Source of the DNA: an uncultured delta proteobacterium
GTDB lineage: Bacteria > Desulfobacterota > BSN033 > UBA1163
Direction: 5' to 3'
Assembly: GCA_963827685.1 (NCBI GenBank)
Contig: CAWHBU010000005.1
Coordinates: 1 to 64,000, forward strand
Length of the DNA: 64,000 bases
A model generated the notes under the pieces. That model saw only the letters and a list, made by a program, of their open reading frames with translations. It made no database searches and was not told where the DNA came from. Shown here piece after piece: positions 19,386 through 29,007 of the stretch (position 1 is its first letter; every line of letters begins with the position of its first letter). A program made the position numbers and the translations under genes.

Positions 19386-20636
19386 TCAAAACAGTTTCAG
19401 CTGCTCTTTTGATTCCTCTCCTACATGTCTCTCAGGGAAAAGATCGATTTTCCCATAAACGCCATCATGGCCCGGAATGATCGAAACCTTTCCCTGCCTC
19501 ATTCGGACAATCCCATCCAGGACATGTGGGGGAACAAATGAGGCCAATTCATCAGGAGTGGAATCGAGAAGAATTCTTAACTCTGATCCCCCTCTCTCGA
19601 TTAACCTTTCATACTCAGCCTCCACCCCCTTGGTCCCAACCCGAACACCCAGCGCTCCGGCAATGATCTCTTCTAATGGGATGAGGTGGATAGAAGGGAT
19701 GGCATTCTTCGGAATAAACCCCTCCGAACGATCAGCGAGTTCCTCCACTCGATGCATCACCCCGACCGTCAACTTCTTATGACAGTTCGGGCAGAGGTAG
19801 TGACTCGCCTTCGTTTGGGAGGGAGAGAAGATCACGCCACATTGACGATGGCCATCATAGTGATATTTCCCTTCCTGTGGAAAGAATTCGATAGTGAAGA
19901 GAAGTTTCTTGCGGTCTTTCTTCCGAATGGTATCAGCGATTTCCCAATAATCCAACGCACAGTCGAAGGCATTCGCCTCCCTTCCCAACCGATTCGGAGA
20001 GTGGGCATCTGAATTGGAGAGGAGGGTAATGGAATCGAGAGCCGATAACCTCCAATTCATTTCAGGATCCGAGGAGAGACCTGTTTCAATAGCATGGATA
20101 TGGGAGGACATTTCTCCAAAACATTCCTCAATGGAGTCGAATCCTGAATTGGCTCCAAAGATCGAAAACCACGGTGTCCAGGCGTGGGCAGGGATGACCA
20201 AGCAATCTCCGGAAATATCTAAAATCATCTTCGCCAGTTCTCTTGCAGTAAAACTGAAAATGGGTCTTCCATCTGAGGAGAGCTTCCCAAGGTTACCCAA
20301 TTTAGAACGAATGGCCTCGACCACTTCGAAACTGGGCGCGAAAATGAGGTTGTGAATCCTTCTCACCTTTCCATTCTGAGTATAGATATTGCTCACCTCG
20401 GTGGTCAGAATATAACGGATTGTTTGATCCCCCTTTTTCAACCGGAGAAGGCCATTTCCTAAGGGTTCTAATTTTGATCGCAACTCGGCAAAATAGGTGG
20501 GGTGTGTGAAGTCTCCTGTTCCGAGAAGGCCAATTCCTTTTTTGTTTGCCCACCGAGCAAGCGTCTCTACCTCCATATCCCTGCTCGTGGCTCGACTGAA
20601 TTTAGAATGAATGTGAAAATCAGCAATGAACCGCAT
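19386..20636 (-). CDS. Endonuclease Q family (PHP domain + Zn finger)
   Basis: ADFHIHSKFS, GTGDFTHP, PAHAWTPW, SNSDAHS, GKYHYDGHR.C and CPNC motifs. Confidence 0.9.
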   Translation of the reverse strand: MRFIADFHIHSKFSRATSRDMEVETLARWANKKGIGLLGTGDFTHPTYFAELRSKLEPLGNGLLRLKKGDQTIRYILTTEVSNIYTQNGKVRRIHNLIFAPSFEVVEAIRSKLGNLGKLSSDGRPIFSFTARELAKMILDISGDCLVIPAHAWTPWFSIFGANSGFDSIEECFGEMSSHIHAIETGLSSDPEMNWRLSALDSITLLSNSDAHSPNRLGREANAFDCALDYWEIADTIRKKDRKKLLFTIEFFPQEGKYHYDGHRQCGVIFSPSQTKASHYLCPNCHKKLTVGVMHRVEELADRSEGFIPKNAIPSIHLIPLEEIIAGALGVRVGTKGVEAEYERLIERGGSELRILLDSTPDELASFVPPHVLDGIVRMRQGKVSIIPGHDGVYGKIDLFPERHVGEESKEQLKLF

Positions 20637-20814
20637 ACGCCTTCAAATTCCAAATCCCAAATCTCGCACGAAGTGATGAACCAAAGGTGAATAAATACCA
20701 AATAAATCCCAAATTCCAATTTTGAATGACCGAAACAATTTCATTTTGAATTTCGAATTTGGATCATTGGAATTTGTTTGATATTTGGTGCTTATCTAAA
20801 TACGCTTAAATTTT

Positions 20815-21909
20815 TTAGCCGGCTTGGCGAAAACTATCAACGTTGGTAAAATGTCTCAGTCGCCGGATGGCTTCCATTTTTTCCCGATCTCCTACCTTGG
20901 CTTTATCAATCGCACCTTTTAATACTTGAATCGTCTGATCATAGACTTTTCGATCGACGGGATAGGGATGGCCATCTTTTCCGCCATGAGCAAAACTGAA
21001 TCGAGTTGGGTCTTTGAAACTGGGTCTGACCCCGTGAATCAGCTCTGAGATCAAACTCAGCGCCCGAAGGCTCTTAGGGCCAACCCCTTTGATCCCGAGA
21101 AGCTGCTCAAAATTGTTTGGCGAACGGTCATAGATTTGGACAAAAATCTTCTCCAATCTCCCGAGACAGGTCTCTTCCATGGGAATGGAATGCTGTGGAG
21201 GGAGATTAAGTTCCATGGCTCTCTTCCCCTCGGCAATCAGAAATTCTGGTTTCTCATGGGAAAGCTCCGTGATGGATTGCCTGGCTTTTTCACTCTCTTG
21301 AGCCACAAGATTTAAACCCTCTTTTCTTTGGTCACAACAGACTGCCCAGTGCGGTTCACAGACAAAATCCTTTATCCCCTGACTGAACCAATGATACCTT
21401 CGGGCATATCGGGTTTCCTCATTCATGCCTTGTTGAATGACTGCCCACTGTCCTGATTGGGCAAAGAAGAAAGTGTGATGATAGATTTGGTACCCGTCCT
21501 GAACGGCTGCGCTGTCAACCTTTGCAGACATTCGGCTTGCATAAATAAGAGGGGTCGCATCAATCGCTCTTTGACCACAAATCTCTTCAATTTCGACGGG
21601 AGTTCTTCTGGAGACTCTTCCTTTCCCTCCCGCAATGAAGAACCCCAGTTCCTTTTCCATCCCTTTGATACCTTCTTTCAGTGCACCACAGACTGTCGTC
21701 GTTACGCCACTCGAGTGCCAATCAAACCCTAATGCACAGCCAAAGGCCTGGAACCAGAAAGGGTCGGAAAGTCGCGAAAGCATTTCTTCCGTTCCATAAG
21801 CATCGATGACGGAAAGGGTGATCTCCCTCGCAAGACTCCTCATCCTTTGAAAAAGCCAAGAAGGGGCCTTCCCATAGTGGAGCGGAAGATGAGCCATGCC
21901 AGTCTTCAT
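20815..21909 (-). CDS. DUF763 family protein
   Basis: LPLHYGKAP.WL, DWHSSGVTT, AHGGKDGHPYPV. Confidence 0.9.
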   Translation of the reverse strand: MKTGMAHLPLHYGKAPSWLFQRMRSLAREITLSVIDAYGTEEMLSRLSDPFWFQAFGCALGFDWHSSGVTTTVCGALKEGIKGMEKELGFFIAGGKGRVSRRTPVEIEEICGQRAIDATPLIYASRMSAKVDSAAVQDGYQIYHHTFFFAQSGQWAVIQQGMNEETRYARRYHWFSQGIKDFVCEPHWAVCCDQRKEGLNLVAQESEKARQSITELSHEKPEFLIAEGKRAMELNLPPQHSIPMEETCLGRLEKIFVQIYDRSPNNFEQLLGIKGVGPKSLRALSLISELIHGVRPSFKDPTRFSFAHGGKDGHPYPVDRKVYDQTIQVLKGAIDKAKVGDREKMEAIRRLRHFTNVDSFRQAG

Positions 21910-21931
21910 TCCATACTATCCTTTCCCCGGA

Positions 21932-22177
21932 TTATTGAACGCCTTTTCGAAATAGCAGATGCAAATCTCCGATGCTCACCCTTTGAAGTCCCTGACCTTC
22001 GGTTATTTCTTTCTGGAAACGATGATGGGCACTTTCAATGAAAGTTTGGATACTCTCCGTTCCTAATCGAAGGCAAACTAAACAGACCAGGAGGGTTTGC
22101 GAAAGGAGGCTTGCTTCTTTCCCGCAAACAGAGCACTGTTTTCCCTTTTGAGCCGCAGCCTTTTTAAAAACCACCAT
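21932..22177 (-). CDS. Short CxxC...CxxC protein; possibly a truncated radical-SAM N-terminus
   Basis: CSVCG...SQTLLVCLVCLR. Confidence 0.45.
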   Translation of the reverse strand: MVVFKKAAAQKGKQCSVCGKEASLLSQTLLVCLVCLRLGTESIQTFIESAHHRFQKEITEGQGLQRVSIGDLHLLFRKGVQ

Positions 22178-22227
22178 TTCGCCCCGTTAGAAATCCCTGT
22201 AATATAACCTTTCGCCTTCTAATGGGG

Positions 22228-22485
22228 TCACCCCACGACCTTGTTGACAACGTCGTGTTCTCTCACTCGACCATTCACCTTAATCCCGATATCTGCACCC
22301 GGCCCTGCTTCCTGAACATTTTTATTCTCAATCTGCATCGAATCGATGGTCTGAGTGATGTCGGTAGTATGGCCGGTGATGTGGATGGTGTCACCAACCT
22401 TTAGCGACCCCTCTGATAACTGGATTGCTGCGACACTAATCTTTCCAAAAAATTTGATAATTTCTCCTACCTTCTTCTCTTCCAT
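22228..22485 (-). CDS. Translation elongation factor domain-II-like small protein
   Basis: VGEIIKFFGKISVAAI...LKVGDTI.I.GHTTD...SMQIE. Confidence 0.85.
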   Translation of the reverse strand: MEEKKVGEIIKFFGKISVAAIQLSEGSLKVGDTIHITGHTTDITQTIDSMQIENKNVQEAGPGADIGIKVNGRVREHDVVNKVVG

Positions 22486-22500
22486 CTTCTTCCTCCTTTC

Positions 22501-23547
22501 TTAAGATTTAAATGCGACACCGATTTTTTCCAAACCTTCAAGAACCTCGCCTATCTCAATCCCTCTCAGGCATTCCAAGTCTTTGCATTGAAAGAATCGC
22601 TCTTGAGGACAGGGAGAACAATGGACATCTCTGGAAACCACAAATATCTCTTCTCCCCTCGGCGACCAAACCCTTTGATCCGTGGGCCCAAAGATGACAA
22701 TCGCAGGAAGTCCTAATGCAGCCGCCATATGGGAAATACCGGAATCATTCCCGACAAAGAACCGGCATCCTTCCATCACGGATGCCAGTTGGAGAAGTGT
22801 CAGTTTATCTGCCAGAATGGGTGCGGCAAGGCCCATTCCCTCAAAGGCCTTCTTGACTTCTGGCCCCTCGGCCGGACCAAGAACGATGAGGATTCTTGAG
22901 CCGAGATGATCCTGAAGAGTATGAGCAAGGTTTAAGAATCGATCAAGAGGCCAAACTTTTTTCTTGCCCCCGCTACCGGGATGGAGGAGGATGACTTTCG
23001 ATCGCTCTTCCGAAGTCACCCCTCTGGTTTTCCAGAAATTCCCTGCCCATTCTCGATCCGACTCTTTCAAATGGAGTTTGGGAATTGACCCGGATGCAGG
23101 AAACCCGTTTTGGGCAAATTGTTTGAGGAGGTGATCGGTTAAATGAACCTTCTCATCCCAGGGGGGAAACGAATTGATGTGAAGAATTCGACCCTGACAA
23201 ACCCTCCTCAGATTCCCGATGACCGTTCCATTTTCCCCCTTTCCAAAGACGATGACGAGATCAAATGTTCCAAAATATTGCGAGAGAGGAAAATCCAGAG
23301 GTCCTTCTTGCACAAAGAAAGAGGCCATCCCTTTTTGATCGATGGAGAGGATCTCCTCGGCATAGAATCGCTTTTCGACCAGCTCCAGAATTCTGGGATA
23401 TCCCATGATGACCAATTTGGCATGTGGAAAAGCATGGTGAAGGGTTTCGAGGGCAGGCAAGGCGAGAATAAAATCGCCCAGGGCGCCCTGATGAATCACC
23501 AGGATGGATTGAACCCCGGGTGCTTTTGGGAGACGGGGAGAGACCAT
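22501..23547 (-). CDS. Glycosyltransferase family 9 (heptosyltransferase-like)
   Basis: GALGD, HPGSG, KVWP, GNDSG.SHMAAALG and FGPT motifs. Confidence 0.9.
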   Translation of the reverse strand: MVSPRLPKAPGVQSILVIHQGALGDFILALPALETLHHAFPHAKLVIMGYPRILELVEKRFYAEEILSIDQKGMASFFVQEGPLDFPLSQYFGTFDLVIVFGKGENGTVIGNLRRVCQGRILHINSFPPWDEKVHLTDHLLKQFAQNGFPASGSIPKLHLKESDREWAGNFWKTRGVTSEERSKVILLHPGSGGKKKVWPLDRFLNLAHTLQDHLGSRILIVLGPAEGPEVKKAFEGMGLAAPILADKLTLLQLASVMEGCRFFVGNDSGISHMAAALGLPAIVIFGPTDQRVWSPRGEEIFVVSRDVHCSPCPQERFFQCKDLECLRGIEIGEVLEGLEKIGVAFKS

Positions 23548-23566
23548 CAGCGATCTTCCTTCTCGT

Positions 23567-24595
23567 TCAGGAGATTCTTTCCAAACGCCTTTGAATGTGT
23601 TCATCGTCGGGTGTGATCCGGAGGATTTTCCGATATTCCCTTCTTGCCTCCTTCCATCTTTTCTGATCCTCATACACGACACCCAAATTGATCCTCGCAA
23701 AGAGATAGTTGGGGTTGATGCGAAGGGCCTTCTTCAATTCAAAGACGGCTTCCCTATATTGTTTTCGATCATTGTAGAGAAGAGCCAGATGATAGTGGAG
23801 ATCTGCATACCGAGGGTTCAACTGGACTGCCTTTTCCATATAACGAAGGGCCTCTCGAGTACGGGACATTAAGCCATAGATATAACTGAGGTTGGCATAT
23901 CCCATGCCATAAGAAGGGTCCATCTTCAAAGCCTTCTGAAATTCCTGAATCGCCTTGGAGTAGGCTCCCTGATAATAATAGACGGTTCCAAGGTTCGCAT
24001 GAAAAATAAATTCATCTGGTTTCAGCCTTGAAGCCTTCTTAAGTTCTTTGACCGCCTGCGCAAATTTCCCTTTTTTGGCAAGATTGAGACCGATGAAGTT
24101 GTGGAATTGAGCGTAGGGATCCAAATGAACCTTTTTCAAGGCGCTCTCCGCCTTCTGATCGAGGTGAACGGCCCCTCTCTGCCACACCCCTTTCTTCCGA
24201 TAATAGTCCCGGTAGTGGGAATGGTACCGAATCGCCTTACGAATACGTGCCGTCGCTTCCTTCTGCCTTCCCGTTTGGAGGTACAAGATTCCTAAGACAT
24301 GATGAAGAAAACCATCCCCGGGATGTCTCTTCACCTCGGAGAGGAAAATCTCTTCGGCTTTCTTCCATCGCCTCATTTCCATATACAGAAAGCCCAAATT
24401 GAGAATGGCCTCTCGATATTTTGGGTTGAGGCGGAGGGCCTCTAAAAAATGGCGCTCCGCTTTTTCCATTTTTCCTTCAACCATCAAGAGGAGAGCGAAT
24501 TGATTTTGGAGATCTGCATAATGAGAATGGATTTGGACCTCTTTTTCAATCTCACCTAAAAGCCGCCAATAGATTGGACTCCGTCTAGTTTTCAT
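23567..24595 (-). CDS. Tetratricopeptide repeat protein
   Basis: Multiple TPR units (A..NLG..Y...A...AL..NP). Confidence 0.9.
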   Translation of the reverse strand: MKTRRSPIYWRLLGEIEKEVQIHSHYADLQNQFALLLMVEGKMEKAERHFLEALRLNPKYREAILNLGFLYMEMRRWKKAEEIFLSEVKRHPGDGFLHHVLGILYLQTGRQKEATARIRKAIRYHSHYRDYYRKKGVWQRGAVHLDQKAESALKKVHLDPYAQFHNFIGLNLAKKGKFAQAVKELKKASRLKPDEFIFHANLGTVYYYQGAYSKAIQEFQKALKMDPSYGMGYANLSYIYGLMSRTREALRYMEKAVQLNPRYADLHYHLALLYNDRKQYREAVFELKKALRINPNYLFARINLGVVYEDQKRWKEARREYRKILRITPDDEHIQRRLERIS

Positions 24596-24908
24596 TTCTT
24601 TCTTCCCTTTTTATAATTTTGACATGGAACCAATGCCCTTTCTCTTTTCTCCAGTTGTTAAGCTGAAAAATCACATCCGAAACCCCCGGTATGCGCCGGA
24701 TCTTCTTTTCTAAGGAATAGAGTGTATTCGCTGTGAAATCTTTTACCTTGTCTGCATCCCACGATGGGTCAAAACGAGAAATCTGAAAAGTCCCCTGAAT
24801 GTAAACCACCCCCTTCACCGTACCAAAATCCATTTGGGAAGCATCGATATCGGTACGACTCAGCATCCGTCGGATATTCGCTTGAATGACAAAATCTTCC
24901 TTTAACAT
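24585..24908 (-). CDS. Hypothetical protein (BON-like)
   Basis: ORF from MLKEDFVIQANIRR...GVVYIQG...IPGVSDV; the upstream ORF extension runs through repeats. Confidence 0.6.
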   Translation of the reverse strand: MLKEDFVIQANIRRMLSRTDIDASQMDFGTVKGVVYIQGTFQISRFDPSWDADKVKDFTANTLYSLEKKIRRIPGVSDVIFQLNNWRKEKGHWFHVKIIKREERNEN

Positions 24909-25055
24909 GGCAATGATTGAGCTTGGCAATAATAATGAAACATTATCCATTTCATTACATCCCCTCACCCTCCCCTCTCTCCCGATTGCGGGGGAGAGGG
25001 TAAAAGGGAGGGGATCTAATGTGACGGCAATCTCTGTTCCATTATTTACATGAAA

Positions 25056-25212
25056 GGGAAGCTCCCCGGCCACAGGCCGGAGCTTCCCGGGCACGTAGTG
25101 GCGAGCGGAAAGCTCGCAAAAGAAATATCGTTTTAATTGTGCCCCTTCCTGCCTGCCGGTAGGCAGGGACCCCGCCTACAAAGCGGGGCTTGCGGGGCAC
25201 TTGCCGGTCAAT
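25056..25212. mobile_element. Non-autonomous hairpin-ended element (IS200/IS605 end-like)
   Basis: Subterminal hairpins gctccccggccacaggccggagc and ccccgcctacaaagcgggg; ends in GGTCAA like the 37439-37614 element. Confidence 0.4.
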
Positions 25213-25232
25213 AATAGTTGATTTCTCTGACC

Positions 25233-25622
25233 TTAAGAGGGGTCTGAATCTTTTTCCAATGCCCTCTTGATCGCATCTAATAACTCCTCCGGGTCATAAG
25301 GTTTTTTAATGTAAAAACGGGCTCCCAGTGTCATGGCCTTTTCCTCTGAGTTCTTCTCCGGACTCCCCGTCAGGAAGATAACGGGAATGGAAGAGGTATT
25401 TATGGAGCGCTTCAATTTCTCAGTAACGCTGAACCCGTTTCCGGCTGGCATTCGGATATCGAGGAGGATGAGATCCGGTTTTTCTTTGTGGGCCATAAAA
25501 ATGCCTTGAGCCCCATCAAAAGCGGTGACGACCTCATATCCAGCTCCTTGAAGCCGGATCATCAATGCCTTGAGAATATCCCGCTCGTCGTCCACAATGA
25601 GAATCTTCTTTTTCTGTTCCAT
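25233..25622 (-). CDS. Single-domain response regulator
   Basis: ILIVDDE, LLDIRMP, FLT and KP receiver motifs. Confidence 0.93.
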   Translation of the reverse strand: MEQKKKILIVDDERDILKALMIRLQGAGYEVVTAFDGAQGIFMAHKEKPDLILLDIRMPAGNGFSVTEKLKRSINTSSIPVIFLTGSPEKNSEEKAMTLGARFYIKKPYDPEELLDAIKRALEKDSDPS

Positions 25623-25648
25623 ATCCCCCCTCATTCTACCCGCTCAAT

Positions 25649-26962
25649 TTATTCCCCCTCTTCTATCTTTTTCCAATAAGGTGATTCCCCTTGAAGCCAA
25701 ACCAACATCGCATCCCTTCTTTGATAAAATGTTTCCATCTCTCCTTTCCCGATGGGAAGACCTGCAGGAAAAGTCTCTCTCAAGGGATTCCGGAATTGCC
25801 CGTCTTTGGCCAACCGATAGTCCAGATGAGGTCCTGTCGAAAGACCGGTCGATCCCACATATCCGATGACCTGTTTCTGCCTCACCTTCACTCCCTTTCC
25901 GATCCCGGGGCCGAAACCAGAAAGATGACCGTAATAGGTCATATAACCATTCATATGGCGCAGGATCACCTGGTTCCCGAATCCATCGTTCCACCCGCAG
26001 GAGGTAACGGTTCCATCTGCCACGGCCCAGATCGGTGTTCCGGGTGGAGCCGCATAATCCACACCGAAATGAGGCCTCAATCCTCCTAGGATAGGATGGA
26101 GTCGTGCCCGGCTGAATTTGGAGCTGATCCGGCTAAACCTTAAAGGAACCTTTAGAAATGCTTTCCTCAAAGAAACTCCTTTCTCATTATAATAGCCATC
26201 ATGATATCGTATCCCTCTAATGAATTTTTCTCCCCTCTGATATTCCACGGCATGGATGGTTCCATATTGGATGAATTGGTCTCCTTTATAGATCTTCTCC
26301 ACGACCACTTTGAATCGGTCCCCTTCCCGGACGTCCTTATAGAAATCAATTTCCCAGGCCAGAATTTCAGCAAAGCCGATGGTCAGCGGGTCTTGCTCTC
26401 CGGCCGCATCCATCGCCTCGAAGAGAGAAGAACGAATTTCTCCGACGACCTTCACCAGATGGGTTTCGAGGGAAACCTCCTTCCTTTGAGCCACATATCC
26501 CTGGGAATCCTTTTCAATCTCATAAATCTCCGTCGGACTCGCTTCATAAACAAACTTCACCAATTCCCCCTTCCCATCGGTAATGAACCGGTAAGTTCCT
26601 CCTTTGATCTTTTTAAAATTCACGTAGGGTTTCAATTTCGAAATGATCAGATCGATCCATCGAAGAGGAATCTTCTTCTCCGATAAGGATTGGAAAAGAG
26701 TGCTTCGTTCTTTCACCGTCCCTTCGACGGTATAAAGTTGTGGTTCCTGGGCCGTCGGTGGAGTGGCGTCAGGAAGGGCAGCAGGAAACGGTGGAGGAGC
26801 GGGAGGAAGGACAAAAAAGTAGATCAGGAGGAAAAGACCGACCAGAAAGGATCCTGAAAGAAACATCCACCTCTTTCTCCTCCTTTTGGCCTCAAAAGGT
26901 CGCCGTTTGAACCGATTCAACTTTTTAAACTCAACATTCTCCATTCTTATTACCCAGGGCAT
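25649..26962 (-). CDS. M23 family metalloendopeptidase (MepM-like)
   Basis: H.GVDYAAP.GTP, GHLS and STGPHL motifs; N-terminal TM segment. Confidence 0.93.
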   Translation of the reverse strand: MPWVIRMENVEFKKLNRFKRRPFEAKRRRKRWMFLSGSFLVGLFLLIYFFVLPPAPPPFPAALPDATPPTAQEPQLYTVEGTVKERSTLFQSLSEKKIPLRWIDLIISKLKPYVNFKKIKGGTYRFITDGKGELVKFVYEASPTEIYEIEKDSQGYVAQRKEVSLETHLVKVVGEIRSSLFEAMDAAGEQDPLTIGFAEILAWEIDFYKDVREGDRFKVVVEKIYKGDQFIQYGTIHAVEYQRGEKFIRGIRYHDGYYNEKGVSLRKAFLKVPLRFSRISSKFSRARLHPILGGLRPHFGVDYAAPPGTPIWAVADGTVTSCGWNDGFGNQVILRHMNGYMTYYGHLSGFGPGIGKGVKVRQKQVIGYVGSTGLSTGPHLDYRLAKDGQFRNPLRETFPAGLPIGKGEMETFYQRRDAMLVWLQGESPYWKKIEEGE

Positions 26963-27134
26963 ATAATAGTTTACTTCCCCCCTTTAGAAAAGGGGGGGGG
27001 ATTTGAAGGCTGGGAAAATCCCCCTAAATCCCCCTTTGCAAAGGGGGATCTTAAAGCGGTTCAGAATAAATGCTGAGAGAAAATCATAATAAGATGCAAA
27101 CTATTTTATGCTCCCCTTAATAACGCTTCATTCT

Positions 27135-28121
27135 CTATCCCACGTCTCTTAAGAAATGAGCGGCATCTTCAGGGGGCGTGGGATTGACAAAGAAACCCGT
27201 TCCCCATTCAAACCCTTCTCTTAATCCAATCCGCAATCGGGTTTCGATATGCCAGTGGTATTCTGCCCGGTGGAATCGATCTCGAACAGGGGAGGTATGA
27301 AAGGTAAGACTGTAAGGGGGATCAGAGAGAAGTTTATAAAAAGAATAAAACAGCGACTGGATCCCGACGGAAAGATCTGCTATCTCTTCTTCCGTAATAC
27401 GCTGAAAATCTGGGCAGTGAACCTTCGGAACGATCCAGGTTTCAAACGGGTAGCGTGAGGCGAATGGTGAGAAGATTAGAAAATGGACGGTTTCCAAAAT
27501 CACCCTTTTCTTCATAGAAATTTCTTCCTTGATAATGTCACAGAAAATGCAGCGTTCCTTGCGTTGATAGTAATCTATTGTCCCCCCGATTTCCTCATCA
27601 ATCCTCTTCGGGATGACCGGCATGGCCATGATATGGGAGTGGGGGTGGCGATTGAAAATGCCGGGATGATTTTTAAGAATCAGGAACTGCTGGAATCGCT
27701 GATCCTTCTCCAGGTCGATCAGCCTTTCTTTATAAGCCTGGAGAATTTTCTCAATCTGCCTGAGTTCCATGGTGGCCAGGCTCTGATCGTGATCAGGGGT
27801 TTCCACGACGATCTCATGGGCACCGATGGCTTCCATGACATCATACATTCCTTCAGGTCTTCGGTCGTAGTCCCCTTCGATACGGAAGAAAGGAAACTTG
27901 TTCGGGATGACCCGTACCGACCATCTCCCTCCATCACGGCTTAATGAAAAAGTTTCTTGAGGGGTCATCCCTTCGTTGCCCGGACAGAAAGGACACGCAC
28001 CTTCCGCCTCCTGGAGGCGATAGGGAGGTTTGAAAGGAAGGTAATCCGATGGACCCTTTGGGTGGTCGTTGGTGACCACCACCCACATTCTGGTAACGGG
28101 TTCTCTCCTCAGTTCTGCCAT
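27135..28121 (-). CDS. galT: Galactose-1-phosphate uridylyltransferase-like (GalT/HIT) protein
   Basis: CPFCPGNE, NKFP, HPHSH, CIFCD, YHWHIE and GFEWGTG motifs. Confidence 0.8.
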   Translation of the reverse strand: MAELRREPVTRMWVVVTNDHPKGPSDYLPFKPPYRLQEAEGACPFCPGNEGMTPQETFSLSRDGGRWSVRVIPNKFPFFRIEGDYDRRPEGMYDVMEAIGAHEIVVETPDHDQSLATMELRQIEKILQAYKERLIDLEKDQRFQQFLILKNHPGIFNRHPHSHIMAMPVIPKRIDEEIGGTIDYYQRKERCIFCDIIKEEISMKKRVILETVHFLIFSPFASRYPFETWIVPKVHCPDFQRITEEEIADLSVGIQSLFYSFYKLLSDPPYSLTFHTSPVRDRFHRAEYHWHIETRLRIGLREGFEWGTGFFVNPTPPEDAAHFLRDVG

Positions 28122-28131
28122 CGCACTCACC

Positions 28132-28719
28132 TCAGGAAAGGAGGGATTGGTAAATATATTGTCTTCCCCGATGGGGTTCGTCTCTTCCCGTCATCGGCCC
28201 CTCCACCCGCATCACAAGGCGTTTCTTATAAAGATTGAGAAGCCGCGTGCCGCTCGTGTTCATCTCAATCTCTTCCTCCTCGGATAATTCTCTCAGGGTC
28301 AACTGCCTCTTCTTCATTACTTGGTTTAAGGTGTGGATCAAATAATTATTCAGAGAACCGATGATTTGCCATCCTTCCGGCCTCGTGGTCAAAACGGCCA
28401 ATTTTTTTCTTTCCAAGGCCACCCCGATGTTTTCCGCCTGAGAGGGGCTGAGGTTCTTCAGGACGAGGAACTTCTCCCCATATTCACCGCTCCACAGCCG
28501 GGAGATCATCTTGGCCACCACCTCATCGGCCCAGGAAAAATCGACGGATCCCATCCCCGAGAAATCGAGGACCACGCGGAGAGATCCTTTTTCTTCTCCC
28601 AAAATCTTTTCGAGGGCCTCTCGAATCCGGACGCCTCGTAAGCGGCCGGTCATGTCCTTCGATCCGTTCTTCAAAACCGTGTGGGTTAGTTTCTTCAAAG
28701 AAAGGGTCCGCTTTTCCAT
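28132..28719 (-). CDS. STAS-like (DUF4325-like) domain fused to a C-terminal winged HTH
   Basis: VVLDFSG...DFSWADEVV; LRELSEE...NTSGTRLLNLYKKRLV. Confidence 0.65.
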   Translation of the reverse strand: MEKRTLSLKKLTHTVLKNGSKDMTGRLRGVRIREALEKILGEEKGSLRVVLDFSGMGSVDFSWADEVVAKMISRLWSGEYGEKFLVLKNLSPSQAENIGVALERKKLAVLTTRPEGWQIIGSLNNYLIHTLNQVMKKRQLTLRELSEEEEIEMNTSGTRLLNLYKKRLVMRVEGPMTGRDEPHRGRQYIYQSLLS

Positions 28720-28732
28720 TCTTTTCCTTCAA

Positions 28733-28750
28733 TTGATTCAGTTGAATCAA
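28733..28750. promoter_or_regulatory. Palindromic operator candidate
   Basis: TTGATTCA-GT-TGAATCAA, 14 bp upstream of the HTH gene start. Confidence 0.55.
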
Positions 28751-28940
28751 CTAATCATAAATTTTCCATTTTGTCAAGGAATTTTTGAGAGAATCTTGAA
28801 AAACGATCTCTCTTGATTACACAGGTTTCAATAACTGATTAAATAAATTCCCCTTGCTTTCAATGCGTTTCTACCAGGAACCCCCTCCCCCTTGATGGGG
28901 GAGGGTGGGGGTGAAAAGACAAATTTGAGACCCCCCCCTT

Positions 28941-29007
28941 CACCCTGTTAGATAAGATTTCGTCTATACCAACGTCAGACATATATATTTCTTTATCTAA
29001 CAGGGTG
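28941..29007. mobile_element. MITE-like element with terminal IR CACCCTGTTAGATA
   Basis: 14-bp perfect IRs; a second copy at 40690-40753 has identical flanks. Confidence 0.7.
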
